64,000 nt of DNA, taken from NCBI RefSeq assembly GCF_009914755.1, contig NC_060931.1; one strand, written 5' to 3'. This stretch comes from the human T2T-CHM13v2.0 reference genome, Homo sapiens. This document shows, piece by piece, positions 28,337-45,169 of the stretch (position 1 is the stretch's first letter; each line of letters begins with the position of its first letter). Both the position numbers and the translations under genes were made by a program. The notes under the pieces are model-generated. The model searched no databases. It had not been told where the DNA came from and saw nothing but the letters and a program-made list of their open reading frames with translations.

Positions 28337-28925
28337 GTGTAACTTTTGATCCAGCAATTTCACTTTAAAGAGCTTTATCTGGGGAAAACTTGGCTGAGTG
28401 AAGAGACACTCACATTCTACTTGTACAGCATTGTTTGTAATGCTGACCTGAATAGCCTAGGCCTCTCTGGGTAAACAGATGAAGGCGTCTATTCGATGGA
28501 ATGGTTATTAAAAATCACGTAGATCTCTATTCATTGACATGTGAAGATGTCCTAATTTAAAAAAAAGCTTGCAAGGAGGTATATAACTAACCTCATTTTT
28601 GTGTTTACTGCATTAATAACCACACGTAACATTTTATACTTAGAAATACAAGCTACTCACATTATGAAAAATATTTTGCTGATCATTCAGTATGATAGCA
28701 TTATGTAATTAAGGTTTAAAACATTACTTGTTGGCATGACAAGAATGTTGTGTAGTAAGGAGAGAAGGTACGACACTTTTTAAAGATGGGAAATTAAACA
28801 AGGAACATTTAAATGATGGCCTAAATGAGCCACACTCCCACGTGACTGTGCTGGAATGAGAGCTTGGCCATCCCGCTCAGGGCTCAGCCCACCACCCCAG
28901 CAACACAGCAGACACGACACCCCAC

Positions 28926-29102
28926 CTCATAGACTTCATTCCACTTTGGACTGAGGTTCTCCTTGATGACTCTGCTTTGGAAGATTTGGTTGCCAACTCT
29001 AATGATTCCATAGGGGTCTGACTTTCCCTTGACAAGTCCCTTAAGGTAAGTGTCTTTCCCCTGAAGATCCTGAGCTTCAATAAAATGTATCCTTAGAACA
29101 CC
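28926..29102 (-). CDS. ESYT2: ESYT2 exon 9 (177 nt) GVLRIHFIEAQDL...KSDPY...PKWNEVYE, C2A
   Basis: C2-domain SDPY motif; TTTCAG acceptor, GTGGGG donor, phase 0/0. Confidence 0.97.
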
Positions 29103-29700
29103 CTGAAAAGAAGAACAAACTGAAGTTTAGACCCTTGGCTGGCTTGTTTAACTGGCATGGAAGATAGCTACGCACCTAACCCCGTCTCGAGAATTGGGAG
29201 TGCCGAGGGAATAAAGACCCTCTTCTGGTGCCGAGTACATCCCAGCAGCAGGGAAATGCAAGTGTGTATAGGAGAAGCAGGTGCTGAGACAAACAAGAGC
29301 AGGGCAAGGCAGCAGTGCCCAGGTGAGGCTGGCTCAGAGGAGAACAGATGGGCTTCTGGAGGGACAACCCCTCCACAGAGACACGAGGACAGACAGCCCC
29401 ACGCAGCCCCAGAGCGCGCTCCTGGCAGAGGGACGCCGAATGCAGAGGACCCAGCACAGTACCATGCTTATCTCAAGGAGGCTGGTGACACAGGCCACCC
29501 AGCTGTACTAGATCCTGGTGCTACAGTGAGTAATAACATGAGAGGTTGTATCAGACCTGTCACGAAGCATTAGACATGTAGTAACTATGCTGTTTCATTT
29601 TCAGAATAATTCTATGCAATCCTGTCATTAAACTTATTTTAGAGAGGAGAAAACTGCAACTTTGAAATATGTATTATTCATAGACTTTAAACATAGTCTT

Positions 29701-30430
29701 GGCCAGGCGCGGTGGCTCATGCCTGTGATCACAGCACTTTGGAAGACCGAGGTGGGTAGATCAATTGAGGCCAGGAGTTCAAGACCAGCCTGGCCAACAT
29801 GGCAAAACCCCATCTCTACTAAAATTACAAAAAATTTAGCCAGGCATGGTGGCGCATGTCCGTAGTCCCAGTTACTCAGAAGGCTGGGGTGTGAGAATCC
29901 CTTGAACCCAGGAGGCAGAGCTTGCAGTGAGCTGAGATGGCGCCACTGCATTCCAGCCTGAGCGACAGAGCAAGACCCTGTCTCAAAATAAATAAATAAA
30001 CGAACAAAAAAACCAAATATAGTCCTTTCCCGAAAATATTGTTTTATTGATAAAATAAAAAAAAAATTCACTCTTATTTCTTCCAAGGCAAACAAAGATG
30101 CTCAAGTCACCTTTTGGTAGGAAGCATTCTGCCCCCACACATCCTTTTTTAAAATTACAGAGTGATGGCCAGGTGCGGTGACTCACGCCTCTAATACCAG
30201 CACTTTGGGAGGCCGAGGTGGGCGGATCATGAGGTCAGGAGATCGAGACCATCCTGGCTAACACAGTGAAACCCCATCTCTACTAAAAAACAAAAATTAG
30301 CCAGGTGTGGTGGCGGCTGAGGTGGAAGAATGGTGTGAATTCGGGAGGCGGAGCTTGCAGTGAGCCGAGATTGTGCTACTGCACTCCAGCCTGGGCGACA
30401 GAGCGAGACTCCATCTCAAAAAAAAAAAAA
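29701..30430 (+). mobile_element. Two Alus (29701-30000; AluY-like 30167-30430 with internal deletion)
   Basis: Alu consensus; gatcgagaccatcctggctaaca in second copy. Confidence 0.93.
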
Positions 30431-31902
30431 TTTACAGAGTGATATTCCTCATTCAATCAGCACAGGAATACATGTCCCCCCACAGAGGAACACACTTGGA
30501 AAACTCGAAGCAGCTCTTGTTTATATTTTCACATGTCTAAAGTTGAGATAATCTGGCCACATCTATTGACAGCACCGGCTGTTAAGCCCATGCAGCTGAG
30601 GGCAGCCAGATCCAGGCTCAGGTGCTCACCTGTACTCAGAGCATAAGAGGCTTAGGTGCAGAGGATTTCTACAAGTAAAGGGATTCCTGCATTTCCAGAG
30701 GTGAGAGTCAGAAGTTAAGGAAAAAAGACATTCTTTTCTAATATACAGCATCACATTAAAGCTGTTGAATGCCAGCGATATAACCAATTTGAGCACCAAA
30801 TTTACTGGCATATTGTTACTCTTAAAAAATATAAGGATACCTCTGCATGTCTGTTAATTTGTGCACCATTATTTAGATCTAATTAAACCAGAAAAAGTAA
30901 AAAGGCATCAGGAGAAAGCGATCTACTTCTACTTCAGCGAACAAAAATAAAAACAACATATCCACTGAAACAGGACCAACTTACCACGTCCTGTTTCAGT
31001 AAATATAAATAATGTGGTGTGCACTGCTTACTACAGACACCACCACGGTGGTAATGCTCACTGGCTTCTGGAGTCCAAAGTCCAGACAGACTTAAACAGA
31101 CATGGGATCTAACACCTGAGTGACTGAAAAGCTCCTTAGCCCATGAGAGATCCTTCACTCCACCCACCCCTTCCATAGTCAGCAGAAGGAATCTCATGTT
31201 CTTGACTACTTTGCAGTTATTTATTTAGTTTGCTCAAATGAAGGTGACATCAGTATCTGCAACCAGCTCTGTGTGCTGGGTGCTGTCCCATTTTACAGAT
31301 GACAAAACTGTGGCCCAGCCACACCAAGTAATATACCCATAAAAGCAAAGCTACAGCTAAACTCAAGAGCTGCGACAAAAATCTAGTTTTGTTCTTTCCA
31401 TTTTATCCAGGGCAGCTGTTGTATAAGTGCTTCTTCTACCAGGTTACTCATTAAATGGCTTCAGAGGCAACGGAATTCTAACATCTGAGAGAAAATATAC
31501 AAATTATTACATGAAGCTCTCATCATGACTGCCAGGAAAACTGGTGCCTGTTGCTGAGGGCTGTCCATTTTAATAAAAACAAATGCAGTATGTGCTTTCT
31601 GAGGTAACTAAGATGTCCGTGCCATGTACCCCTGCAGATTTAAATCCCTATCAGCCCCTCTGAGGAACACAGCTATGGGGTGAGAATCATCCTGCTGTCT
31701 CCACGACAAGCTTTAGGATCAGCGCACATCAGTCAAGTCTCTTAAGGAAAGTGACGGACAACCAATAGTCAATGCATCAAGACCCGTGTGGCAAGCTGGC
31801 TGCTGGGGAGAGACAAAGAGTCACAGCACCCAATGCCACACCCGCAGGCAGGCAGGTCTCCAAGATGTTTTTAAATGTGAATGGATGCCGGGACACGCTT
31901 AC

Positions 31903-32023
31903 CTTTGGTACAGGAAACCGCAACTGAGCTATTTGAACTTCACTGACAAGTGGAACGGTGATTCGATTGGGAAGCACCAGATAGTTTGATATTATATCCA
32001 AAATGATAGTATCTGATAAACCA
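31903..32023 (-). CDS. ESYT2: ESYT2 exon 8 (121 nt) GLSDTIILD...LRFPVPK, end of SMP
   Basis: Overlaps ORF 31777..32001; ACAG acceptor, GTAAGC donor, phase 2/0. Confidence 0.97.
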
Positions 32024-32254
32024 CTGTTAGTTGGGAGACAAAAAGAGCAAACGGACTATCAGACATGTGAATGCTTCTCTCACCTTTGACAACAGACTTA
32101 CCACGAATATGATGTAAGTCCCATTTATTTACAGAGTAGGAGTTATCTCATTCCTCCAGTGCAATATTTACAACCTGCATTTCAATTCTTTAGCTGTGAT
32201 ACCACTATGGTGACTATGATACAGAATTTATTTATAGAATACAAGGTAAAATTC

Positions 32255-32327
32255 TAGTTATTGCACAAGTAATGTGGTTTTTGCAATTAAAATGGCAAAA
32301 ACTGCAAATACTTTTGCACCAACCTAA
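32255..32327. mobile_element. MADE1 (diverged copy)
   Basis: aatggcaaaaactgcaaatacttttgcaccaacctaa plus degenerate left arm. Confidence 0.8.
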
Positions 32328-32653
32328 TACACTTCATAATTTCCTAAATAACATTTAATGTATTCCTACTTCATCACAGATTTTATACTTATTTACTAAA
32401 ATACACCTCATTGACTTTTTTTAACATAAACTATTTCAAACATACATATAAGTACAGAGAATAACATTCATTGGCCCATTCATGTTCATATACACATCTC
32501 ATTTCTCCGTTGTTGTACACCAGTCCCCACTGAAGGAGAACTTACTTTGTTCTCTCTTATCCATTATCCAACACTTTGAGTATTGGACACATTAATAATT
32601 TTTGAAATACTATACATCACTGCACAGCAAACTAAGTGAATAAAATTGCTTAG

Positions 32654-33130
<477 letters not shown>

Positions 33131-33851
33131 ACATATATATATGTCCTATTCTTTAGGGTAAACGTGAGAATTAAATAATGCATATGTGGCAGCACTTTTA
33201 AACACATTTATAAACCTAAGTTTCATTGCTGTATAACACCTTTACCTGAATTGTGAAGTTGCGAAAGTACTTTGCTTCTCGCCCGTAATGTTTTAGATGC
33301 TAAAATCATTAACATACATAATTACAAATAAATTGAGACCGTGATAATCATCAGCGTTCAACAAATAATGCCCAACCACCCACTGCAAGACAGTATCCAC
33401 GTGTGATGACCCAGCACCTCAAGGACTTTTCAGTTTAATATGGGAAAAAATTTTTTAAATCCCCAAAAGAAAAACCATATGTAACACTACTCTACTTATG
33501 AACAGGTCAGTTATTCAGACAGTTAATACTTCCACAGAGATTCGGAGGGCTTCAGCCAGCAGACACTGGCTGTGTGTTCACCACGCAGAGGCAGGACCCA
33601 CCCACCTTTCTCACACACAGACTCCTGGCCTCGGAGGCCACAGCAGCTCTGACGGAGCTCCCTGGCGGGGCTCCCCTCACTGCGCCTCCTCACCCCACTA
33701 CACCCTGCATGTCCCCGAACTGTGGATGTGGATGCTGCTCCCCTAGGTCTCCACAGAAGCGTCTATTGAAGTGGTTACTTTCTTGGGAGTCACTATTTCC
33801 CTGTGTGTCCTTCGGAACCACGACTACTCATCACCCGTATTTTGTTTCCAC

Positions 33852-33997
33852 CATAATCTTCACCCTTCTTAAACCTTCAACACTCAGCTTAGAGACGCTT
33901 ATCAAAACATAACGGATATTTAATCATAATTTTCACCCTTCTTACGACTTCAACACTCAGCTTAGAGCCGCTTATTAAAACACAATGGATATTTAAT
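33852..33997. repeat. Tandem duplication, 73 bp x2
   Basis: cataat..tcacccttctta...cttcaacactcagcttagag twice. Confidence 0.92.
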
Positions 33998-34159
33998 AGG
34001 GATAGCCCAAAGTTATGGTGTAGTGAAGGAATTCAGGCATTATTCTTACTCTATAATGTCTGGGGTTTCTTTTTGTAATCAATTAATATAACATGTGGAT
34101 GCTCATTTTATAAAGCTTGGGACAAGATTTCATTATGTTAAGTTCATGGTTATTTATTT

Positions 34160-35257
<1,098 letters not shown>

Positions 35258-36013
35258 TAGCTAGAAATGACTACTGTATAAAAAGAGCCTACATAAAAAT
35301 TATTAAATAGAATGGAGCTATACATGTATATTTATCTCTGTATTTACGTGTGTATGTGTGAATGACTTTTAAATAAAATGAATCAGGGGATCAACTTCCC
35401 CAAACTGTAGGCTTGCCGGGGCAGAACACATTCTCTGACTGCCCTTTCAGGTTGCCAGTATTAATACAACGTTGTTTACAGAGTAGATGTTCAATAATGC
35501 TGTTTTATTTCAGTCCTCCTATGATACTGAAGGGAGGCAAAATCAAATACTTTTTTCTACACTGATGTGTGTGGATGTTTGTTCCATTTGGCTAAACAAT
35601 ATCTCCTCCCCCTATTTCTAGAGAAAGTTTTTGCTTTGGGGGATGCCCCCATTCACTGGAATTTCCATTTCTTTGCCTTCTGTAGGGGTGTATGTGAGAT
35701 TGAAACCTGATCATCGGAGTCGCAGGAATCTGTCCAAGGGTGGCCCTTGCACACACAAGTTGGGCGGGGACCTAGCGGGAAAGGCGACTAAGTCCGCAGA
35801 CTAAATGCTTGTAGCTGCAGGCACAGCAAGAGACTGCCTGAAAACAAGCCCACGAGGGACACGCCCACCCTGCATGGGTGGGGAGCTGGCGAGAGAGCCC
35901 TTATGGTGCCCAACACCGGCTCCATCTGAAGTCCCTCAGAAGACACGCCAGCTTTCCAGCTGCCGAGCAGGAAACAAGCACAGCTGTGTCCCATGCACGA
36001 GCGGCTGCAGCTA

Positions 36014-36394
<381 letters not shown>

Positions 36395-37590
36395 TTACCT
36401 ACTTAAGACCACTTAAGTCAGGTTTGTTGCTTGCAACCAGAATCTTAATGAACTCTTTAACCAATCTTTTAAAGTTGTGCTTTCTTTCCGCAGATCTTTT
36501 AAAGATCACAGCATTTTTCTGTATCCAGTAAACCACAGCACCTAAAAAGGACTTTCATGATGACTGTGCTTCAGATAATTAAAGTCCTAATTTTTCCCTA
36601 ATAATGAAACAAAACTCTTTAGAAAGGCCATTTCAGAGGCATAAACAAATATATGAGAATAAAAAAATAGTCTGAAACCAAGTTTCATAATTTTCTAAAC
36701 TATTTTAGGGAAAACAAATCACACTAGAAAATATCCACTAGAAACATATAACTTTAACCCACAGGTGATATGTTTTAACTTTCAAATAAAACGGTAAAGC
36801 CAGCAAAAGCATTTAGAGGCTGTAATTTCAAAACTTCCTATTTGGAGGTGACCAACAGGTCTGCCACCCACAGCCCCACGCACTGTTTCAGGTAATGGCA
36901 CCACGGCAACTAGAATGACTCCTTGTCTCTAAGCAGGGATGCACCCTCCAGGGCCTCAGATGCTTGTTATGGAACATTTTTCTCCTGTTTTAGACACTAG
37001 ATCACTACGGAATAATGAAGGGACTCCCAGTGAAATGATACGGAACTTCAAGTTCCTCACCTCTCACACTCAAGAGTTCTGGCGAAGTCCAGAAGTCCAC
37101 ACTGTCCCCAACCCATTTCAAAAAGGAATGGAATAAAAGTTAAAAAAAAAAAAAAAAAGGCAGAAAGGGTGGGGTAGCCATAGGCTGGAGAGACCCTGGA
37201 AAGCATTTCCTTTTAAAGTTTCCTTTATTGTTTCTGAGAAGATTAAAAAAAAAAATTTGCAAACTGTTTTTACAAAATATTAAAAGACCTCTACTTTTCG
37301 AACATGCCAAGGCCAGGAAGACACCTTGTGGTGAACAAACGCAAATGAAGACTGCGTCCTCAGCTGGCACTCCAGAGCCCTCCCGCCCTGGCCCATCGCC
37401 TCCCAGCAGCTCCCGGCAGGCAGAACAAAGCCCCTGTACCCTCTGCTTGTTTCTCACGACAGCCTGTGGAGAAGGCACCCATTCACCTGGCAGACGCAGG
37501 TCTTAACCATTCTCACACTATTGTCAAGACATCCAAAATGCACAACACGCCCTCGAACGCTAAGCCTCCGGGACCAGACACGAGACTTAC

Positions 37591-37646
37591 TTCAATCCAG
37601 GGACATCCAGAAGATTCGTCAGTCCTGTCCAGTTAATTTCTAAAAG
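37591..37646 (-). CDS. ESYT2: ESYT2 exon 7 (56 nt) LLEINWTGLTNLLDVPGL(N)
   Basis: ACAG acceptor, GTAAGT donor, phase 0/2. Confidence 0.97.
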
Positions 37647-40600
37647 CTGTTTTAAAACAAGGGCAAAATATTAAGTTCCAAACAATTTCCAATTATCGAA
37701 TCAGGTGCACACAGGCTTGTTTCTTTGTAGACAAAATGGGTTAGTACACAACACAGACCCACACCCTTCATCCTTTGTAATATACCAAGGACATTTTTCT
37801 TTGGTGGTACGTGGAGACCTGCCTCTTTTTGTTTTTTGATAATGTCACAGTTTTTGCTAGTAAAATCATGAAATAATTTATTTACCCACTCTCCTATGGA
37901 TGGATACTTAGAATTTTGACAACTTCTCTTTATTGTAATTACAAATAATGAGTCAGGGAATATCTTTTTACATACATGTTCTCATATACATATGCAGACT
38001 AGCATTCAAAAAGTGAGATTTTGGGGTCAAAGGCTTATGTTCATTTTTAATGTCAATAGATGGTACCTACCTGCCCTCCAAAAATACTGTATCCATTTAC
38101 ATTCCCAACCAAAGTGTATGAAAATGTCCTTTTCACATACCTCACCAAAAACAATACTAAAAGCCAGCCTATCTGGCAGTTAAATAATGGACTTTATCAT
38201 TGTTTTACTTTGTATTTTCCAATTAGCAGACCATGCTCTACCCACTCATTCAACATCTGTGTTTATCTTAGAATAATTCCCAGTTAGCTAACATTCCATT
38301 AAGTAGATGTGGGTTGATGAAAACTATTGATTAGAAATACCGCTTTTCCTAACAAAACAGCACATAATAAAATTACTTGTGTTCTATATTTGTAGAAGAA
38401 ATTCTAAGTAAAATTGCATGATCTCAATCACCCATATAGTTGAGTAACAAAACTGCTTTTTGGTTGCAATCCCTTTTTGGTTGCAAGCAAATATAAAGTG
38501 GAAGAGTCAAGATTCTTATAGATAGAACAAAACTTAAAAACAAACAAACAAACAAAAAACAATTTTTAAGATCCTGAAAGGCTAAGATTTCTCAATGTAA
38601 CAGAAATGAGATATAAATATAAAATATTAGGAAGGAAAAAATAGGCAACTAATCTTCAAACTGGATTGCAAACATCAGTATCAACCTATGCTTTACCTCC
38701 CCCTTAAAATAAATGTTTTTCCCTAGTCCACCCATTGAACCACCTGGCTAAACCTCTACATTCTAAATCATATGAATATATTTATAAACACTGACTTAAG
38801 AGCTCATTTTCCTTTCTCTTTTCTCTTACACAACTTAAAAAGGAACAGGTACTCCCTGCCACAGCAAAATATTCTGGTCACACAAAAATACCTGTCATGA
38901 GGAAACGAAGATTTAAAAGGGCATCACAACAGGATTCTATCATTTAGTTCTGAAGGTTGTTACTTCTGATCACAAATCTACATCAGGAAGTAAGAACATA
39001 TCAAAGATATAGCACAGAATCTTGCATTTGACTCAGGTTAAAATGCAAGCACCTCACACAGCGCACCATCAGAGGACACCCACTGGTGACTGCTCCATCC
39101 GCAGAGCTGTGAGACACAGGGGCCACATGAACTTCAGGAAAGGATGGCTGTGTCAAGGAAAGTGGCAGGTAAGCTTCTAAATACAATTAGATGAGGCCAT
39201 TGTAGTTAAAAGAACAGGAAAGAGAATACAATTCAAAGATGCTATTTAACAAAGAAATAAAGAATTTTTCCTATACAGGCATGCCTCGGAGATATTGTGG
39301 GCTGGGTTCTAGAGCAGTGCAGTAAAGGGAATATTGCAACATGTGAGTCACACACATTTTTTGGTTTCCCAAGGCATACTTAAGTGTGCAATAGCATTAT
39401 ATCTTTTTAAAAATGTACATACCTTTATTTTAAAACATTTTATTGCTAAAAAATGCTAACGATCACATAAGCCTTCAGCGCGTCATAATCTGGCTGGTAG
39501 AGGGTTTTGCCTCAGTGCTGATGGTTGCTGACTGACCGGGGTGGTGGTTGCTGAAGGTTAGGGTAAGACAACAGTGAAGTTTGCTGCATTGACTGACTCT
39601 GCCTTTCAAAAAAGATTTCTCTGTAGCATGCCACACTGTTTGATAGCATTTTACCCACAGAACAGCTTTCAAAAGCGGAGTCATCCTCTCAAACCCTGCT
39701 ACTCCTTTATCAACTAAATTTATGTGATATTCTAAATCGCTTATTGTCATTTCAACAATGTTTGCAGCATCTTCACTAGGAGTAGATTCCATCTCAGGAA
39801 ACCACTTTCTTTGTTAGTCATAAGAAGCAATTTCTCGTCCTTAAACTTTGATCCTGAGACTGCAGCAATTCAGCCCCCTCTTCAGGCTCCACTTCTAACT
39901 ACGGTTCTCTCACTATTTCCCTTCCACCTGCACTTCCTTCTTCCACTGAAGTCTTAAACCCCTCAAAGTCATCCATGAGAGTTGGAATCAACTTTTTCCA
40001 AATTCCTGTTAATATTCATATTTTGTCTCCTCATGAATCACTAGTGTTTTCAATGGCATCTAGGATGGTGAATCCTTTCCGGAGGTTTTTGACTTACTTT
40101 GCCCAGATCCATCAGAGGAATCACTGTCTGTGGCAGCTATCGTCTTACAAAAAGTATTCCTTAAATAATAAGACTTGAAAGTTGAAATTTCCCCTTGATC
40201 CATGGGCTGGAGAATGGATGAGGTGTCAGCAGGCAAGAAAACAGCATTTACCTCCTTGTACACCTGCATCAGATCTCCTGGGTGACCAGGTGCACTGCTG
40301 ATGAGCAGTTATATTTTGAGGGACTCTTTTTTTTCTGAGCAGCAGGTCTGGACAGTGGGCTTAAAATATTTGGTAAACCAGTGTGTAAAAAGGTGTGCTG
40401 TCATCCAGGCTTTGTTTTTCCAGGTATAGAACACAGACAGTGTAGATATAGCGTGATTCTTAAGGGCCCAAGGGTCTTCAGAATGGGAAATGAGTGCTTA
40501 CTTCAACTTAAAGTCACCACCTGCATTAGCTGTGACAAGACAGTTAGCTTGTCCTTTGAAGCCTTGAAGTCAGGCACTGACCGCTCCTCTCTAGCTGGAA

Positions 40601-40895
40601 AAGTTCCAGACGGCATCTTCTTCCAGCAGAAGGATGTTTAATATACACTGAAAATCTGTTGTTTAGTGGAGCCACCTTTATCAATGATCTTAGCTAGATC
40701 TTCTGGATAACTTGCTATTTTACCTTGCACTTTTATGTTATGGAGATGGCTTCTTTCCGTGAACCTCATAAACCAACCTCTTCAAACTTTTCTTCTGCAA
40801 CTTCCTCACCTCTGTCAGTCTTCATAGAAGTGAAGATAGTTAGGACTTTGCTGTGGATTAGGCTCTGCCTTAAGGAAATATAATGTCTGGGCTGA

Positions 40896-41412
<517 letters not shown>

Positions 41413-41604
41413 TGAAAGTGAGAGGCGTGCAACTCTGTCTTTCACTTAAATACATAAAGGCCACTGCAGGGTTGTGAATTCGCCTAAAATTTCAATATTG
41501 TTGTGTCTCAGGGAATAGGGAGATCCAGGAGAGGGAGACATAGGAGAACAGTCAGTCAGTGGAGCAGTCAGAAGATACGACATTTACCAATTAACCTGGC
41601 CATT

Positions 41605-42012
41605 TGATATGGTTTGGCTCTGTGTCCCTACCCAAATCTCATGTCGAACTGTAATCTCCATGTGTTGAGGGAGGGACCTGGTAGGAGGTGATTGGCGTGG
41701 GCACAGTTTCTCCCACACTATTCTCATGATAGTGAGGGAGTTCTCATGAGTTCTGATAGTTCTAAAAGTGGCTGTTTCTCCTGGACACTCTCTCTCCTGC
41801 CATCATGTAAGATGTGCCTCACTTCCCCTTCATCTTCTGCCATGACTGTAAGTTTCCTGAGGCCTCCCCAGACATGCAGAACCTTGAGTCAATTAACCCT
41901 CCTTTCTTTATAAAATGCCCAGTCTCAGGTAGTATCTTTATAACCCCCCTTTCTTCATAAAATGCCCAGTCTCAGGTAGAATCTTTATAGCGGTGTGAGA
42001 ATGTACTAATCC
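41605..42012 (+). mobile_element. MaLR solo LTR (MSTA-like) nested in Tigger1, with 47-bp internal duplication at 41894-41987
   Basis: tgatatggtttggctctgtgtccc start; cttctgccatgactgtaagtttcctgaggcctcccca; ...actaat end. Confidence 0.88.
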
Positions 42013-45000
42013 GCCATCTTACACAGGCATGGTTTGTAATGCCCCAAAACGATTACATTAGAAACAACAAAGATCACTGACCACAGATCACAGTCACAGA
42101 TAATAATGAAAAAGTGTGAAATTCTGCGAGAATTGCCGAAACATGACACAGAGCCATGAAGTGAGCACATGCTGTTCGCTTCACAGCACGGACAGGCTTA
42201 TTTTTCACAGGGCTGCCATAAACTTTCAACTAGTAAAAACACAGTATCTACGAAGCGCAATAAAGCAAAGCACAATAAAGCGAGGTGTGCCTATGAACAC
42301 TTTCATCTTAAATGTCGCATTCATATTTTATACGTCAGTCTTGTTACTTTAAGAAAAAAACCACCTACCATAGTCTTAATAGCATTAAGGTAGAATTGTT
42401 TTATCCAGGAAGTTTTGGGAAACAGAATTAACAACTCTCTTAAGAGCATTTTTCAATGTCATTATCTTTCAAGGAGAAGTCTACAACATGGAATACCTGA
42501 AATTCATGTTATAATGAGATTTTAATATGGTTCCAAGTAGCTATGTGCTATTTTTGGACTTGTTAAAATATTTGGGTGAGACAAGGACTGACTTTAGAAA
42601 AAGTCAGTATAAAGCTAATTTTAGTTGGTGATTTTGGACCTGTTAATATATTTACATGAAACAGACACTGGCTTTAGTCAAGTTACTTGTATTATGGATA
42701 AAAATGTAAAAAAAAAAAAAAAGATAAATGTAACTAGTTGCAGGCTATTAAAAAAATGTACAAAGTGGAAGGAGGAAAATAATAAAAGAATCTCCTCCTA
42801 TTCCTGAAATTTCACGTTCCATACTATTATTCCATGTGGCAATCTGAAAACCATTTCCATCTGCAGTGTTAACATCCTACTTACTTCACCAGAACTGCAA
42901 CCCAGAATGATGGCACTGTCTCTCCAGCTAACTGACTCATCAGCCTTTTGCGGGATGCAATGCTCTTCCTCACCAAGATTCCGATCCACAGAGTACAAAA
43001 CATGTTTGCAGTTGATGCAAAAAACCTACTTTTTTATATCGTGTATAAAGGTGCTATGTAAAAACGACATCACACCGTGTGACTGGCTGGCTTCACTTTT
43101 TTTTTTTTTTAACATGCTCCCAAGAAAAGTATCCACTTGTTTAGATTAAAAAGTATGTTTCTGTTTGGAGGAACAGAAGATGTAACTTTACAGCTGACAA
43201 AACCCCTAGCCTGCTGTTACATGAAGACTTTAAAGGCCTGGGAGGGCACTGACATAATGTTTTGCTAGATTTTAAATGATAAAAACTGCCCAAATTTGGC
43301 AAGTAAAACCTCCATAAATGGGTAGTATTAATGCTCCTCTTGTAGGCAAACTATCTAGATAAAACTTCCTTAAGGCTATCTAGAAATCTGAAAGATGGCT
43401 TCTTGCCTATCAAAACAAAAGATCAAAGGCGTCAAACATAGGAAGAAGTTTCTATTTATAGCAAAGAGCATGAAGGGTTATTGGAGTAAGCTCAAAAACA
43501 AAGCAAGAGAGCCAGGTGTAGTGGCACAAGGATTGCTTGAGCCCAGGAGTGTGAGGCTGTAGTAGTGTGCTCCACTCTATGATTCCTTCTGTGAACAGTC
43601 ACTGCACTCTAGCCTGGGCAACACAGCAAGACTCCATCTCAAGAAAAAAAGAAGCCAAACAGACACACTTTGAAAATTACATATAAAACTAGGCTAAAAA
43701 GTGGGTCTTCAAATTCAGAGTTAGTCCTAGAACTGAGAAAATCATTTATTCTAGTTTCACAGTTAAGTAAACTAAGACCTAGAGGAAGTAATCTTATCTG
43801 TAACCTTTTGCCTTTCACAACTAGATAAGCCAAGGACAGAATGAAATCCTCATCTTTTCACTGGACCCACATGGGAAGAAACGACTGATTTTTAAGGACA
43901 GCTGTGCAGACGCTGCTGCGGCCCCTTCTGCTCTAAACCGTCCAATCTGCTCCTGTCTCTGATGTGCCTCATCTTGCTCACTGACTTCTCACTTGCTTCT
44001 AAGTCTCTCTACGTGGAATGACTGGCAGACAGCCCAGGCCCATATTTGCTTCTATGCCTAGCTACCTTGACTCGGGTATTTGCTTACAGAGGCTATGCAG
44101 AGCTTATGAACAAGGGGTTCTTGGCCCTGGGGTGGAGAGGGGCAGTCCTCTGCTACACAACACTGACAATTACAAGACACTTAAGTGGTCAGCATCCAAC
44201 TTGGTTTCTGCCACTAAGGGCAATAGGGGCCCCAGCCCCCATTATTGTGACACCCTAAACATCCATTTCCAAATCTGTCACTCAGAATGACTACCTACGA
44301 AAGAGACCATTCAAGAACAAAGTTTCTAAACTTTAAAGTACAATTTGGGAGATTTTAGACAATAAATGTCAATACTAGAAGCATCCCTATCAAAGTTTCC
44401 ATTTTAATGATAAACTGGCCTTTATTTTCCTCACCAGTAACACGGGAACAATCCCATCCTGTGAGGACTAAGTCAGACAATGCACAGAGGCCACACGCCA
44501 GGCTCCAAGCCCACTGCCTGCGACTGCAGTCATCACCTGAGGGCTTCCTTCCCTGGAAATCCCTTTGAGCAATTAAGATCTTTCTCGCCACTATCAAGGA
44601 CTAGCACATGTGCCACATAAGCATCACAGCGAACATTTACCCTTTTACTTTTGAAGTTCTGTCCCACTTTAATCTCAGATGAGGAACCATCTATAATCAA
44701 AGCACAACTGACCAAACATAAACCAAACAAGCAGAGACTATTTCTGACCAATTGTCTTAGAATCATTTCAGAAAAACATTACTTTGTCTAAAACAAAACC
44801 TCAAAAAGAATATTAACTATCAACGATGGAATATTAAAAACACAAAACAAGGAAGTTTTAGTATAAGCTTGTCAGGCAACAGAGGGCATGCCCACGTGGG
44901 CCTTGTTGAAAAGACTGAGATACATTTAAGTGCTACTGAAGTTCAGAGAAACTAATCGTCAGGGAGGCAGGAGCAGGAATTGCGGAAGGAAAGGACTCAG

Positions 45001-45169
45001 CTGGCTTTTGAAAGGAAGAGATTTGAATGCAAGAAAGAAGGCACCAGGCAAAGGGGTCCCCATGTTCAAGGCACTGAAAGGCCTGTCCCTGAGCACAGGG
45101 AATGGTGAAGGAGCAAGAGCCAGAGGCTGTAATGACGGAGGGAGCAAGTGGAAAGAGAGAAAGGAAACA

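Noticed and set aside
39475-40269. Transposase-like ORFs as a domesticated TIGD-type gene
   Set aside because: Only short fragments separated by stops and frameshifts within a decayed Tigger1
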